DNA from: Gemmatimonadota bacterium
GTDB lineage: Bacteria; Latescibacterota; UBA2968; UBA8231
Length of the DNA stretch: 46,322 nt
Direction: 5' to 3'
NCBI GenBank assembly: GCA_038153405.1
Contig: JAYOYH010000006.1
Coordinates: 1,472-47,793, forward strand
The notes under the pieces: generated by a model
Told to the model about the DNA's origin: nothing
Seen by the model: the letters and a program-made list of their open reading frames with translations, nothing else
The model's database searches: none
Part shown: positions 26,869 to 35,525 of the stretch, piece by piece
How positions within the stretch are numbered: position 1 is the stretch's first letter
Layout: every line of letters begins with the position of its first letter
Position numbers and translations under genes: made by a program

Positions 26869-28044
26869 TCAAGAAGAGAGTATTTCTTTTAGTCCATGTA
26901 CCAAGCGATCCATGCCTTCGGCGACAGTGTCTCGCCGCAGCGCACCAAAGGCGATGCGCAAATGGCAGGCGTCGGTCAGACCAAACGCCTCGCCCGGTAT
27001 GACGGCGACGCGGTATTCGCGCACCAGACGCTCTACTACATGGAGCGCAGGAGACGGAGTATTTAGACGCGCAAGCAGGTAAAAAGCTCCGCGCGCATCG
27101 GGCACGTGACAGCCTTTGCCCAGCTCGTCGAGGCGGGATAGACACAGTCGGCGCACGGTCGCCAAGTCTTCGGAAAACTGCTGGCAATAGCTCCGACCGG
27201 CGCGCAGGGCACCCAGTGCCGCCCGCTGGGAAATAACGGGCGGACAAATCAGAATGGTGTCCTGTGCTTTTTCGAGCGCGGGCAGCAGATGGGCTGGTGC
27301 TACTAGATAGCCCACGCGCCAAGAAGCCATGCCGTAGCCTTTGGAGAACGAGAAAAGCGATATCGTATGCGCGGTGCTGTCGGATAGGGATGCCGGCGAG
27401 AAGTGCGCTGCGCCCTCATAGGTAAAATACTCGTAGGCTTCATCGGAAAAATGGTAGAGGCCACGCTGCTTGCACAGGTCGTTTACGGCGCGCAGGTCTT
27501 CGGGCCGGTAGACGGCGCCGGTGGGGTTGTTGGGTGAGATGGTGACGATGGCGCGCGTGCGCTCGCCAATGGCCGCGGCAATCGCGTCGGGGCGCAGCTG
27601 GTAGTCGCCGTCGGTCGGCACGGCGACGGCGCGACAGTTGGCCATGGCAATAGCCATTTCGTGATTGAAGTAAAACGGCGCGGCAATAATGACTTCATCG
27701 CCGGGATCCGCGACGGCCAAGAGGGCGTGATAAAAGCCCATATTGCTCCCTGCCGTGACCATGAGGACGCGTTCATCGCCGACCGCTATACCATTCTCTG
27801 CCAATAGCTTTGCACGCAGGGCCTCTTGCAGTTCGGGCAGGCCGTGCGCCGCTTGGTAGTGGTGTTCGCCTAGGTGTTCGCCAAACGCCTCAGATGCGGC
27901 TAGTGCTTGCGGCGGGGGCGGATAGTGCACCACCCCTTGGCCAAGGGAAATGGTGCCAGGCGTCTGGCGGATGAGACCGGCTACGTGGGGAATGACGGGC
28001 GGTTGCACCGCGCGCATGCGCTGAGATTCGAACGGCGTGCGCAT
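26869..28044 (-). CDS. PLP-dependent aminotransferase class I/II
   Basis: ISLGQG, SPNNPTG, SDEAYE, SFSKGYGMASWRVGY (PLP lysine). Confidence 0.95.
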   Translation of the reverse strand: MRTPFESQRMRAVQPPVIPHVAGLIRQTPGTISLGQGVVHYPPPPQALAASEAFGEHLGEHHYQAAHGLPELQEALRAKLLAENGIAVGDERVLMVTAGSNMGFYHALLAVADPGDEVIIAAPFYFNHEMAIAMANCRAVAVPTDGDYQLRPDAIAAAIGERTRAIVTISPNNPTGAVYRPEDLRAVNDLCKQRGLYHFSDEAYEYFTYEGAAHFSPASLSDSTAHTISLFSFSKGYGMASWRVGYLVAPAHLLPALEKAQDTILICPPVISQRAALGALRAGRSYCQQFSEDLATVRRLCLSRLDELGKGCHVPDARGAFYLLARLNTPSPALHVVERLVREYRVAVIPGEAFGLTDACHLRIAFGALRRDTVAEGMDRLVHGLKEILSS

Positions 28045-28050
28045 GGCCGG

Positions 28051-28962
28051 CTAACTCTGCAGTGCGCGGTCCAGGTGCGCCATGAGGCGATCGATTTCCT
28101 CGCACATAGCGCCGTCGAGCGCAAAGCTGAGGGGACCGCGGTGCACCTGGTTGGGAAAGAGGCCGCGCTTGTGCATAATGTAGCGCTCGCTGACGATAAA
28201 ACCGTCCAATCCACCCTGCAGTTGCAGCGTGATGAGCGCGCATATGGGCCAGTAGAGGCGGTAGGCGCGCTCGTCGTCTCCCGCCTGCAGTGCGTTCCAC
28301 AGGGCCGTCGTGCCGTCCAATAGCTCGACGCCGGGGATGGTGCCGGTTATGCCGCGGCGAAACGAGTCGATGAGCAAGACGCCGCCACTGCCCTCAAAAA
28401 TGCTCGCCCGTTCTCCCGTGGCTGCTCGCAGCGCCGATATACAGGGCCCGAGAGGGGACGCTTCGGGTTTGAATAGCACGCGCTGGCCGAACTCGGCAAA
28501 GAGGCTGGCTTGAAATGCAATGCTCATGGGGTTGCCCACGTAGGAGCTGGCATCCTGAACGAAGATGGGTATATCGACTTCCGCGAGTAGAGCGGTGAAG
28601 TAGGCGCGCAGCTGGTCTTCGGAGAGTGCGCGCGAGATGGGGGGTATGGCCATGAGCGCCGCTGCGCCGCCGTCTTCTGCCGCGCGCGCATACGCACATG
28701 CCTGCTGCGTGCTCTCTGCCGCGACGTTGATGATCACCGGGCCGCGCTGCTGGGCAAACTCGCACAGCTGGGCGGGCAGTTCTATTCGCTCGCGTTCGCT
28801 CAGGCGAAAGAGGTCGGAGACCAGTGCTAGGCAGAAGCCGTCCGCTCCTAGGTCGAAGAGGTAGTCGATCTGCTTCCCCATGGTCTTTAGGTCGATGGCT
28901 CCACTTTCCACATACGGCATGTGCACGACGGGCAGGACGCCCGCTATGGTCTTCTGCGTCAT
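28051..28962 (-). CDS. Dihydrodipicolinate synthase/N-acetylneuraminate lyase family aldolase (not canonical DapA)
   Basis: GVLPV..MPY..G.ID, Schiff-base Lys in FKPEA; the GTTGE motif is replaced by ALVSD. Confidence 0.88.
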   Translation of the reverse strand: MTQKTIAGVLPVVHMPYVESGAIDLKTMGKQIDYLFDLGADGFCLALVSDLFRLSERERIELPAQLCEFAQQRGPVIINVAAESTQQACAYARAAEDGGAAALMAIPPISRALSEDQLRAYFTALLAEVDIPIFVQDASSYVGNPMSIAFQASLFAEFGQRVLFKPEASPLGPCISALRAATGERASIFEGSGGVLLIDSFRRGITGTIPGVELLDGTTALWNALQAGDDERAYRLYWPICALITLQLQGGLDGFIVSERYIMHKRGLFPNQVHRGPLSFALDGAMCEEIDRLMAHLDRALQS

Positions 28963-28970
28963 GAGGTCCT

Positions 28971-29843
28971 CTATTGGCGTGTTTTTGAGCGTTCGATCGC
29001 CCGTGCGTGGCGCACAATGGCGTGTAATTTCTCTTCTAATTCAGCGTTGGCCGCCGCCATAAAATGGGCGAATTTGCGCCGCTTTACATAGCGCGGTATT
29101 TGGTTGGGACCGGTCCGGCAGCGCGCACCCGCCTCCTCGGCGATTAGAGAGGGGGGGCCGGCATCGTAGATTTCTACCTGGCGCGTCAAATAGGCACTCA
29201 GATGGCCCTCGGCAATGAGCGTCAGTACGAGCGCTGCGCCGATGGGATGCTCGCGCGGATCGAGGTCGTAGTGCGCGCGAGCCAGTGCTTGGTAGTCGCG
29301 CGCTTTGGAAGAGATGAAGACCTTGTTGTGCGTAGGGGCATGTTTTAGCGACAGCCGCTTTTTGCGCGCTGATCCCTGCTGCACAAAGGCACCGCCGCCG
29401 CGCACGGCGGTAAATACTTTGTCTTCGTTTGGACGAGCGACGATGGCCGCGAGCATGTCGCCGTCGCGCGCCAGCCCGATTGATATGTGGTAGGGGGCAT
29501 CGCCGCGCTTGAAATGCCAGGTCCCGTCAATGGGGTCGAGGATGACTATATAGGGGGAAGGGCTTCCCGCAAAGCGCTTTTTTAGCGGCGTGCTCTCTTC
29601 GGCAATAACGCCGACGTCGGGGAAGTGCTGCAGCACCGCGCTGAGCAAGATGTCCTGCAGGCCGCTGTCGAGCGCGGTAAAGGTGGTTGAAGCGGCCTGT
29701 GCCTTGTCACCGGTCAGGCCCAAATCGGCCTCTTTGCCGATGTCGGGTACCTGTCCGTAAAAAATCATCGATGCCCGTGCACATTGGCGGACAACGGGCA
29801 GTATGGCGTCGATAAAGTGCCGTGGATCGATGGGCTGGTTCAT
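28971..29843 (-). CDS. Inositol monophosphatase-family phosphatase
   Basis: IAEES, ILDPIDGT, YD(AG) in place of WD. Confidence 0.9.
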   Translation of the reverse strand: MNQPIDPRHFIDAILPVVRQCARASMIFYGQVPDIGKEADLGLTGDKAQAASTTFTALDSGLQDILLSAVLQHFPDVGVIAEESTPLKKRFAGSPSPYIVILDPIDGTWHFKRGDAPYHISIGLARDGDMLAAIVARPNEDKVFTAVRGGGAFVQQGSARKKRLSLKHAPTHNKVFISSKARDYQALARAHYDLDPREHPIGAALVLTLIAEGHLSAYLTRQVEIYDAGPPSLIAEEAGARCRTGPNQIPRYVKRRKFAHFMAAANAELEEKLHAIVRHARAIERSKTRQ

Positions 29844-29853
29844 GGTGCGTTAT

Positions 29854-29896
29854 TAAAAATAAACGCCCAGCTCCACGCAAGGAGCCAGGCGTTTAT
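29854..29896 (-). terminator. Rho-independent terminator after the Xdh-like gene
   Basis: Minus strand ATAAACGCCTGGCTCC-ttgcgt-GGAGCTGGGCGTTTAT followed by TTTT; G-U pairs fit the minus strand. Confidence 0.8.
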
Positions 29897-29920
29897 GGAC
29901 TATGTGTGGACGGAGGCGGA

Positions 29921-32233
29921 CTATCCGGCCGCCTCCTGCAACTGTGCGCTGTGCAGTGCCGCAACGACTTTGTCCGGGCTCATGGGCAGCTCGCCAAGGC
30001 GGACGCCAATCGCGTCGTATATGGCGTTGGCAATGGCGGCCATAGGCGGCACTAGCGGCACTTCGCCGACGCCGCGAATGCCGTGCGGACTGGCCGGATT
30101 GGGCACTTCGACCAGCACGGTTTCGACCAGCGGCAGATCGAGCGCGGTCGGCATGCGATAGTCGAGGAAGGTGGGATTGGCCATCGTGCCATCTTCCCGG
30201 TAAAAGTAGCCTTCGCTCAGTGCCCAGCCGATGCCCTGCACGGCGCCACCCTGGATCTGTCCCTCCACGTAGGAGGGATGAATGGCCTTGCCGACGTCCT
30301 GTACGGCCGTATAGCGCAGGATTTTGACCTTGCCCGTTTCCGTATCGACCTCGACATCGACGACGTGGGTGCCAAACGCATTGCCCGCGCCGCTGGCGTT
30401 GATCGTGCCCTTGCCGGTGATTGGTCCTCCGGTGCGGCCCTGCTCGGCGGCAATTTCCTTAAAGGTGAGCGACTTGGAAGGATCGGACGTGGCGACGAAT
30501 TTGCCGTCTCGATACTCAATGTCGCCTTCTTCAACTTCGAGTTGGCGCGCTGCGCGCAGGCACATTTCGGCTTTTACGTCTTCGGCCGCCTTATAGCAGG
30601 CGTGCCCGGTGGCATAGGTTACTCGGCTGCCGCCCGTGCCGCCCGTCATGCCGATGGACGAGGTATCGGGAATAGAGGGGTTGATGTCATCGGCGTTGAG
30701 GCCTAGCGTTTCGGCGACGATCATCGACATCGAGGCGCGGCTGCCGCCAATGTCCACCGAACCCTCTTGCAGGTTGAGCGTGCCATTGGAATTGACGGAG
30801 ATGGCCGCCGACGACTCACCGCCGCCGTTAAACCAAAAGCCGGAAGCCACGCCGCGGCCGCGGTGCACGCCTTCGAGCTTGCTCTTGTAGTGTTCGCTAT
30901 CGAGCGCGGCCTGCACAGTTTCTTCGCAGCCAATCTTCTTGTATACCGTGCCATCGGCTCGGCGCGTGCCCTCGCGCGCCGAATTTTTCATGCGAACCTG
31001 CAGCGGGTCCATACCTATGCGCTCGGCCAATTCGTCGATGACGCTCTCCGAGGCAAACGCGGCATTGGGGGCGCCGGGCGCGCGATAGGCCGACGACTTG
31101 GGCTTGTTGACGACGACGTCGTAGGCGTCGATGGTGACATTGGCAATGCTGTAGGGGCCCAGAATGCAGGAGGCCCCAGCGCCGACGGCCGAACCGGGAA
31201 AACCGCCGGCCTCGTAGGCTAGGTAGGCCTGAGCTGCCGTAATCGTACCATCCTTTTTGATGCCCATCTTAACTTTTATGTAAGAGCCGGGGCCGGGGCC
31301 GGTGGCCTCGAATACCTCAGTGCGGCTCATGATCATTTTGACCGGGTGACCCGTCTTGTGCGAGAGAATGGCCGCCGCCGGCTCCATATAGGCGGGGAAC
31401 TTGCCGCCGAAGCCGCCGCCGATTTCGCAGGGAATGACCTTCACTTTGGAAACGGGGACCTGCAGCACTTCCGAAACCTGTGAGCGGATTTCAAACGGTC
31501 CCTGCGTGCTGACCCACACGGTTATGGTGCCGTCGTTCTTCCACCACACGGTCGTGTTGTGCGGTTCGATATAGCCTTGGTGCACAGTGGCGGTGCGGAA
31601 CTCGCGTTCGACCACTTCGTCGGCCTCGGCAAAACCGCTGTCGAGATCGCCCATCGAGTGGCGGTTGTGGCTGGCTACGTTGCTCTTCTTGTCGGTTTTC
31701 TGGCCCAGCTCGCGCGTGGTGCGGTTCTCGTCGAGCAGCGGAGCGTCGTCCTGCATGGCTTTGAGCACGTCGACTACAGCGGGCAGCACCTCGTACTGGA
31801 CGTCTATCAGGTCGAGTGCCTCTTCGGCAATGTGAGCACTGGTGGCGGCGATGGCGGCGATGGCGTGCCCCTTGTAGAGCACTTTGCCCGAGGCCAGCGA
31901 ATTCTGGGCGACTTCGCGCACGTTGACCATGGTCTCGCCGAGATTCGACAGTTGGTCCACTGTTTCGACCAAGTCATCTGCGGTTGCCACGGCGCGCACG
32001 CCGCTGAGCTGCATGGCTTTCGAGGTGTCGATGGAGATAATGCGTGCATGCGGATGCGGGCTGCGCAGGACCTTGCCGTAGAGCATGCCCGGCAAGCGCA
32101 CATCGCCGCCGTAGACGGCGGCTCCGGTGACCTTGTCGACGCCGTCGTGGCGTATGGGTCGCGTGCCGATAACGCGGTACGTACCGTTCCCCGTATAGTC
32201 GGGATAGTCCTTGCTGGAAAAGGAGGTGGCCAT
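29921..32233 (-). CDS. Xanthine dehydrogenase-family molybdopterin-binding large subunit
   Basis: DG.DKVTG.A.Y..D, LRSPHPHARI, QGYIEP, GGGFGGK, AYRAPG, GGSRVT, GQIQGG..QGIG.AL.E, GIRGVGE. AGGAG RBS before MATSF. Confidence 0.95.
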   Translation of the reverse strand: MATSFSSKDYPDYTGNGTYRVIGTRPIRHDGVDKVTGAAVYGGDVRLPGMLYGKVLRSPHPHARIISIDTSKAMQLSGVRAVATADDLVETVDQLSNLGETMVNVREVAQNSLASGKVLYKGHAIAAIAATSAHIAEEALDLIDVQYEVLPAVVDVLKAMQDDAPLLDENRTTRELGQKTDKKSNVASHNRHSMGDLDSGFAEADEVVEREFRTATVHQGYIEPHNTTVWWKNDGTITVWVSTQGPFEIRSQVSEVLQVPVSKVKVIPCEIGGGFGGKFPAYMEPAAAILSHKTGHPVKMIMSRTEVFEATGPGPGSYIKVKMGIKKDGTITAAQAYLAYEAGGFPGSAVGAGASCILGPYSIANVTIDAYDVVVNKPKSSAYRAPGAPNAAFASESVIDELAERIGMDPLQVRMKNSAREGTRRADGTVYKKIGCEETVQAALDSEHYKSKLEGVHRGRGVASGFWFNGGGESSAAISVNSNGTLNLQEGSVDIGGSRASMSMIVAETLGLNADDINPSIPDTSSIGMTGGTGGSRVTYATGHACYKAAEDVKAEMCLRAARQLEVEEGDIEYRDGKFVATSDPSKSLTFKEIAAEQGRTGGPITGKGTINASGAGNAFGTHVVDVEVDTETGKVKILRYTAVQDVGKAIHPSYVEGQIQGGAVQGIGWALSEGYFYREDGTMANPTFLDYRMPTALDLPLVETVLVEVPNPASPHGIRGVGEVPLVPPMAAIANAIYDAIGVRLGELPMSPDKVVAALHSAQLQEAAG

Positions 32234-32351
32234 GTGTTGTGTTCTCCTTATAGGGTGCACTGGGTGATGAACGCTATTAATGTGGTATGGCTATGGGGTG
32301 GCGTCAAGATGTCAACATGCGCGCAGGGTGGTTTCTGGCGATATTAGGCCC

Positions 32352-33098
32352 ATGTCAGAAATGGGCGATATATGGTCTCTCGCCAGCGGAGACGAGCGCT
32401 TAGAGAGTGGGCAGGTCCACGTTTGGCGTGCCGATGTGCCGACGGAGTCGGCGCGCGTCGAGGATGTGCAGGGCGTGCTTTCTGCCGACGAGCACGCGCG
32501 CGCCGAGCGCTATCCGCTGGCAGAAAGCCGGCGGCGCTTTGTCGCCGCGCGCGCCGTGTTGCGCCATTTGCTGGCCCACTATGCCGGCTGTTCGCCCGAT
32601 CAACTGTGTTTTGCCTACGGGGCCCACGGCAAACCACACCTGGCCGACGATGGTTCGTCGAGTCAGTTGGAGTTCAACATGTCGCATTCGGGCGATGTGG
32701 TGCTCTATGCCATAGCGCGCGGGCGCGCCGTGGGCGTAGACGTCGAGCACCTGCGCGCCAGAGGCAACTATATGCGCATTGCCGAACGCTTCTTCTCGAT
32801 AGAAGAATACGAGGCACTAAGTGCGCTGCCCGAAGAGGATCGGCCGCGGGCCTTTTACCGCTGCTGGACGCGCAAAGAAGCCTATGTGAAGGCGCGCGGC
32901 GACGGCATTGCCGCCGGCTTGGATTCGTTTTCCGTTTCGTTGGACGAGCGCGCTGCGCTTCTGCGATCGGATGAGGGGACTGGTGAGACAGCGCGCTGGA
33001 ATATGTCCAGTCTGCAGCTAGGCGAGGGGTATATTGGTGCGCTCTGCGCAGAAGGGTCCGATGGCGGCATCGCGCAATTTACCTGGTCGTATAGATGA
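32352..33098 (+). CDS. Sfp-type 4'-phosphopantetheinyl transferase
   Basis: LSADE.ARA, GKP, FNMSHSG, VGVDVE, FYRCWTRKEAYVKA.G.G. Start at ATG 32352 or 32361. Confidence 0.94.
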   Translation: MSEMGDIWSLASGDERLESGQVHVWRADVPTESARVEDVQGVLSADEHARAERYPLAESRRRFVAARAVLRHLLAHYAGCSPDQLCFAYGAHGKPHLADDGSSSQLEFNMSHSGDVVLYAIARGRAVGVDVEHLRARGNYMRIAERFFSIEEYEALSALPEEDRPRAFYRCWTRKEAYVKARGDGIAAGLDSFSVSLDERAALLRSDEGTGETARWNMSSLQLGEGYIGALCAEGSDGGIAQFTWSYR

Positions 33099-33102
33099 TC
33101 CA

Positions 33103-33852
33103 TCAGACCACCAAGTCGGTGATGACGCCGCGCATGTCCATTTCGAAATCGATATCGACGACCGGTGGACGGCTGTAGTACCAGCGCGCGCCGTGCCTAG
33201 CCGCGGAGCCCATGGGCGGCAAAACGATGTGCTCGTAGAGGTCGGCTAACGGGTAGATGGTGTATATGTCGACGGTATCGACGAGTGCCCACGCGCCGCC
33301 CAGTCCCAGAAGACGCTCTTCCATCACCTCCATTACGTAGGCCGCTTTTTCGCGCATAGACTCCGGTGAAGTGTCGCCCGAGCGAATAATGCGCTTCTCT
33401 TCTAAGATGCCTTCCAACAGTTCCCCCGCACCTGCAACGACTAGAGTTTTTCTGTCGATATGCGGGTTGGCTACAACGTAGGAAAAAGCGTGCAGATGGG
33501 GTTCGGCGGGCGCTTGGTGCACAGGGGCAATATTTGTGCGCGCTACGGGATTGAGGCCATCGACAAAAAGCCCCCACTCGTTTAGCACGGCGCAGTAGTC
33601 TCCATTGAAGTCGATAAAGCCCTGCATGGTGAAGGGCTTGGGTGACCTCAACTCCATAGCGCAAAGCGCATTGCGGTCGAGGTTGTGCGCGTCTAAATAG
33701 GCGGCTACGCGTTCGAAACCCTGCTGCCAGGGCAGCGACTCGCCTAAAGTTGCATGCACTATTTCGTACCCTGGGTCGGCGACTACGCCGCAGGAGTAGG
33801 GATCGATACCGCGCAGAAAGTGATAGTTGCCACGGGGGTGTGCTATGAGCAT
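33103..33852 (-). CDS. CnbZ-like (2-amino-5-chloromuconate deaminase/RidA-like) protein
   Basis: GNY.FL.GIDPYSCGVVA.PG.EIVH, ELRSP.PF...GF..FN, NPVARTN, RPPV.DI.FEMD.RG. Confidence 0.75.
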   Translation of the reverse strand: MLIAHPRGNYHFLRGIDPYSCGVVADPGYEIVHATLGESLPWQQGFERVAAYLDAHNLDRNALCAMELRSPKPFTMQGFIDFNGDYCAVLNEWGLFVDGLNPVARTNIAPVHQAPAEPHLHAFSYVVANPHIDRKTLVVAGAGELLEGILEEKRIIRSGDTSPESMREKAAYVMEVMEERLLGLGGAWALVDTVDIYTIYPLADLYEHIVLPPMGSAARHGARWYYSRPPVVDIDFEMDMRGVITDLVV

Positions 33853-33924
33853 GGTTTACCGGCCTCGCCTTTCGCTTGAATCTGTCTATAAACTGCTCCG
33901 CCGCAATGACAAAGCGTTTTCTTC

Positions 33925-33952
33925 TTGACAGGGGTAATCTGCGTGTTATTGT
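33925..33952 (+). promoter_or_regulatory. Sigma-70 promoter of the flagellin-like gene
   Basis: TTGACA-N16-TATTGT with a TG extension; AAGGAG RBS downstream. Confidence 0.6.
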
Positions 33953-33987
33953 AAAGATAAAATATAGTTTATAAGGAGCGGATCACC

Positions 33988-34446
33988 ATGCCCCAGGTAT
34001 CCCAATCCCCATCGGCTTCCGCTGCGCTGTCTCAGCTGCAGCGCGGCCAAGTGCAAAACAGAGCGACTGCCCAGCGCCAGGAGCAGCGCACGCGCGTGCT
34101 CGAGCGCGTCGATCAGCTAGTGCGCGGAATGGAAGCCGTGGCGCAGCGCCTGTCCTCAGACGACGTCAGTACGGCTCAGCGTTCGCTGCTGGTCTCGCGC
34201 TTTAACGACCTGCAGAGGCGCGTCAACGAAATTGATGGGGTTGTAGGCAGCGAAGGACGCGCCGATGCCGTGGCGCAAACGGGATCGGTGCTGGCGCTAG
34301 ATGTGGGCGATCGCAGCGGCGCCGATCGCGCTGTGCGCCAGCTTGGCCAGATGCGTCAGAGCATGCAGGGGGAACGCCAGCCAGATCAGGCGTCGTCGCC
34401 GAGTGGCGACGGAGAGCGCGGAACGCTGGTCGATATCACTGTTTAG
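33988..34446 (+). CDS. Small flagellin-D1-like protein (152 aa)
   Basis: AAGGAG RBS; LERVDQLVRGMEAVAQRLSSDDVSTAQRSLL..RFNDLQRRVNEIDGVVG resembles the flagellin ND1 helices; C-terminal GTLVDITV. The CDS is solid; the product call is moderate. Confidence 0.6.
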   Translation: MPQVSQSPSASAALSQLQRGQVQNRATAQRQEQRTRVLERVDQLVRGMEAVAQRLSSDDVSTAQRSLLVSRFNDLQRRVNEIDGVVGSEGRADAVAQTGSVLALDVGDRSGADRAVRQLGQMRQSMQGERQPDQASSPSGDGERGTLVDITV

Positions 34447-34466
34447 AAGCGATGGGCGTGCGCTGG

Positions 34467-34495
34467 AGCCCGGGGGACTTCCCCCGGGTTTTTTT
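34467..34495 (+). terminator. Rho-independent terminator
   Basis: AGCCCGGGGG-actt-CCCCCGGGTT followed by TTTTT. Confidence 0.88.
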
Positions 34496-34554
34496 GTGCG
34501 CAAAATGATGGCGTGTAACGACTACTTCTCAGAGGAAAGGTACGGGAAGACAGC

Positions 34555-35520
34555 ATGGCCGAAGAATACAATATACTGCTGCGGAGCGAAGTCGAGCCCT
34601 ACGAGACGGTAGTTCCCCTGCTTGAAGAAGCCGGCTGCCGGCTGACTCGCTGGAACCCGCTGGGCACGGCGCCCACTGATGACGTGCTGCACGCAATCCA
34701 GGGCGCTTACAACTATGGACACTTTGCCTTCACTGCTGAGTATATGGACCGCATGCCGAACCTGCGCGTTATCAGCAACTTTGGTGTAGGCGTCGATCAC
34801 ATCGACTTGTCGGCTGCCCGGGAGCGCGGCATTCCCGTTGGCAATACGCCCCAACTGCTCGATGGGGCTACGGCCGACATGACCTTTGCCCTGCTGCTGG
34901 CCGCTGCGCGCAACGTCGTCAAGGGGGACCACTTTGCGCGCAGCGACCAATTTACTGCCTACGATCCTAGCTTTATGCTCGGTCAAGAAGTGCACGGCGC
35001 CACCCTAGGCATCGTCGGCTTGGGGAGTATTGGCTATCAAGTAGCGCGCCGAGCGCAGGCCTTTGACATGCAGATTATCTACCACAATCGCACGCACAAC
35101 AGGCGCGCTGAAGAGGATTTGGGCGCCCGGTACGTCCAGTTGGATGAACTGCTCATGCGCGCAGATTTTGTTGCGCTCAACATGCCGCTCACGGAGGAGA
35201 CGCGCGGCATGATTGGGCGGCGTGAACTGGCCCTTATGAAGAAGACGGCGGTCTTGGTCAACGCGGCGCGCGGCGGCGTCGTCGATCACGAGGCGCTGTT
35301 GGAATGCCTAGTGCAGGGAGGTATATATGCGGCGGCGCTGGACGTTACCGAACCAGAGCCACTGCCGCGCAACCATCCGCTGCTGGCCCTAGACAACCTC
35401 ATTGTCGTGCCCCATTTGGGCAGTGCGACGGTGCAGACGCGCAATGCAATGGCGCAGCGCTCGGTGGACAATTTGCTCGCCGGTTTGGGCGGACGAGCAC
35501 TACCCAGCCGAGTGGCCTGA
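34555..35520 (+). CDS. D-2-hydroxyacid dehydrogenase (glyoxylate reductase/D-glycerate dehydrogenase type)
   Basis: GVGVDHID, GIVGLGSIG, VNAARG, LDVTEPEP, PHLGSAT. Confidence 0.95.
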   Translation: MAEEYNILLRSEVEPYETVVPLLEEAGCRLTRWNPLGTAPTDDVLHAIQGAYNYGHFAFTAEYMDRMPNLRVISNFGVGVDHIDLSAARERGIPVGNTPQLLDGATADMTFALLLAAARNVVKGDHFARSDQFTAYDPSFMLGQEVHGATLGIVGLGSIGYQVARRAQAFDMQIIYHNRTHNRRAEEDLGARYVQLDELLMRADFVALNMPLTEETRGMIGRRELALMKKTAVLVNAARGGVVDHEALLECLVQGGIYAAALDVTEPEPLPRNHPLLALDNLIVVPHLGSATVQTRNAMAQRSVDNLLAGLGGRALPSRVA

Positions 35521-35525
35521 ATCGC

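Noticed and set aside
29921..32233. Aerobic CO dehydrogenase CoxL
   Set aside because: The loop is AYRAPG rather than AYxCSFR or AYxGAGR, and coxMS are absent.
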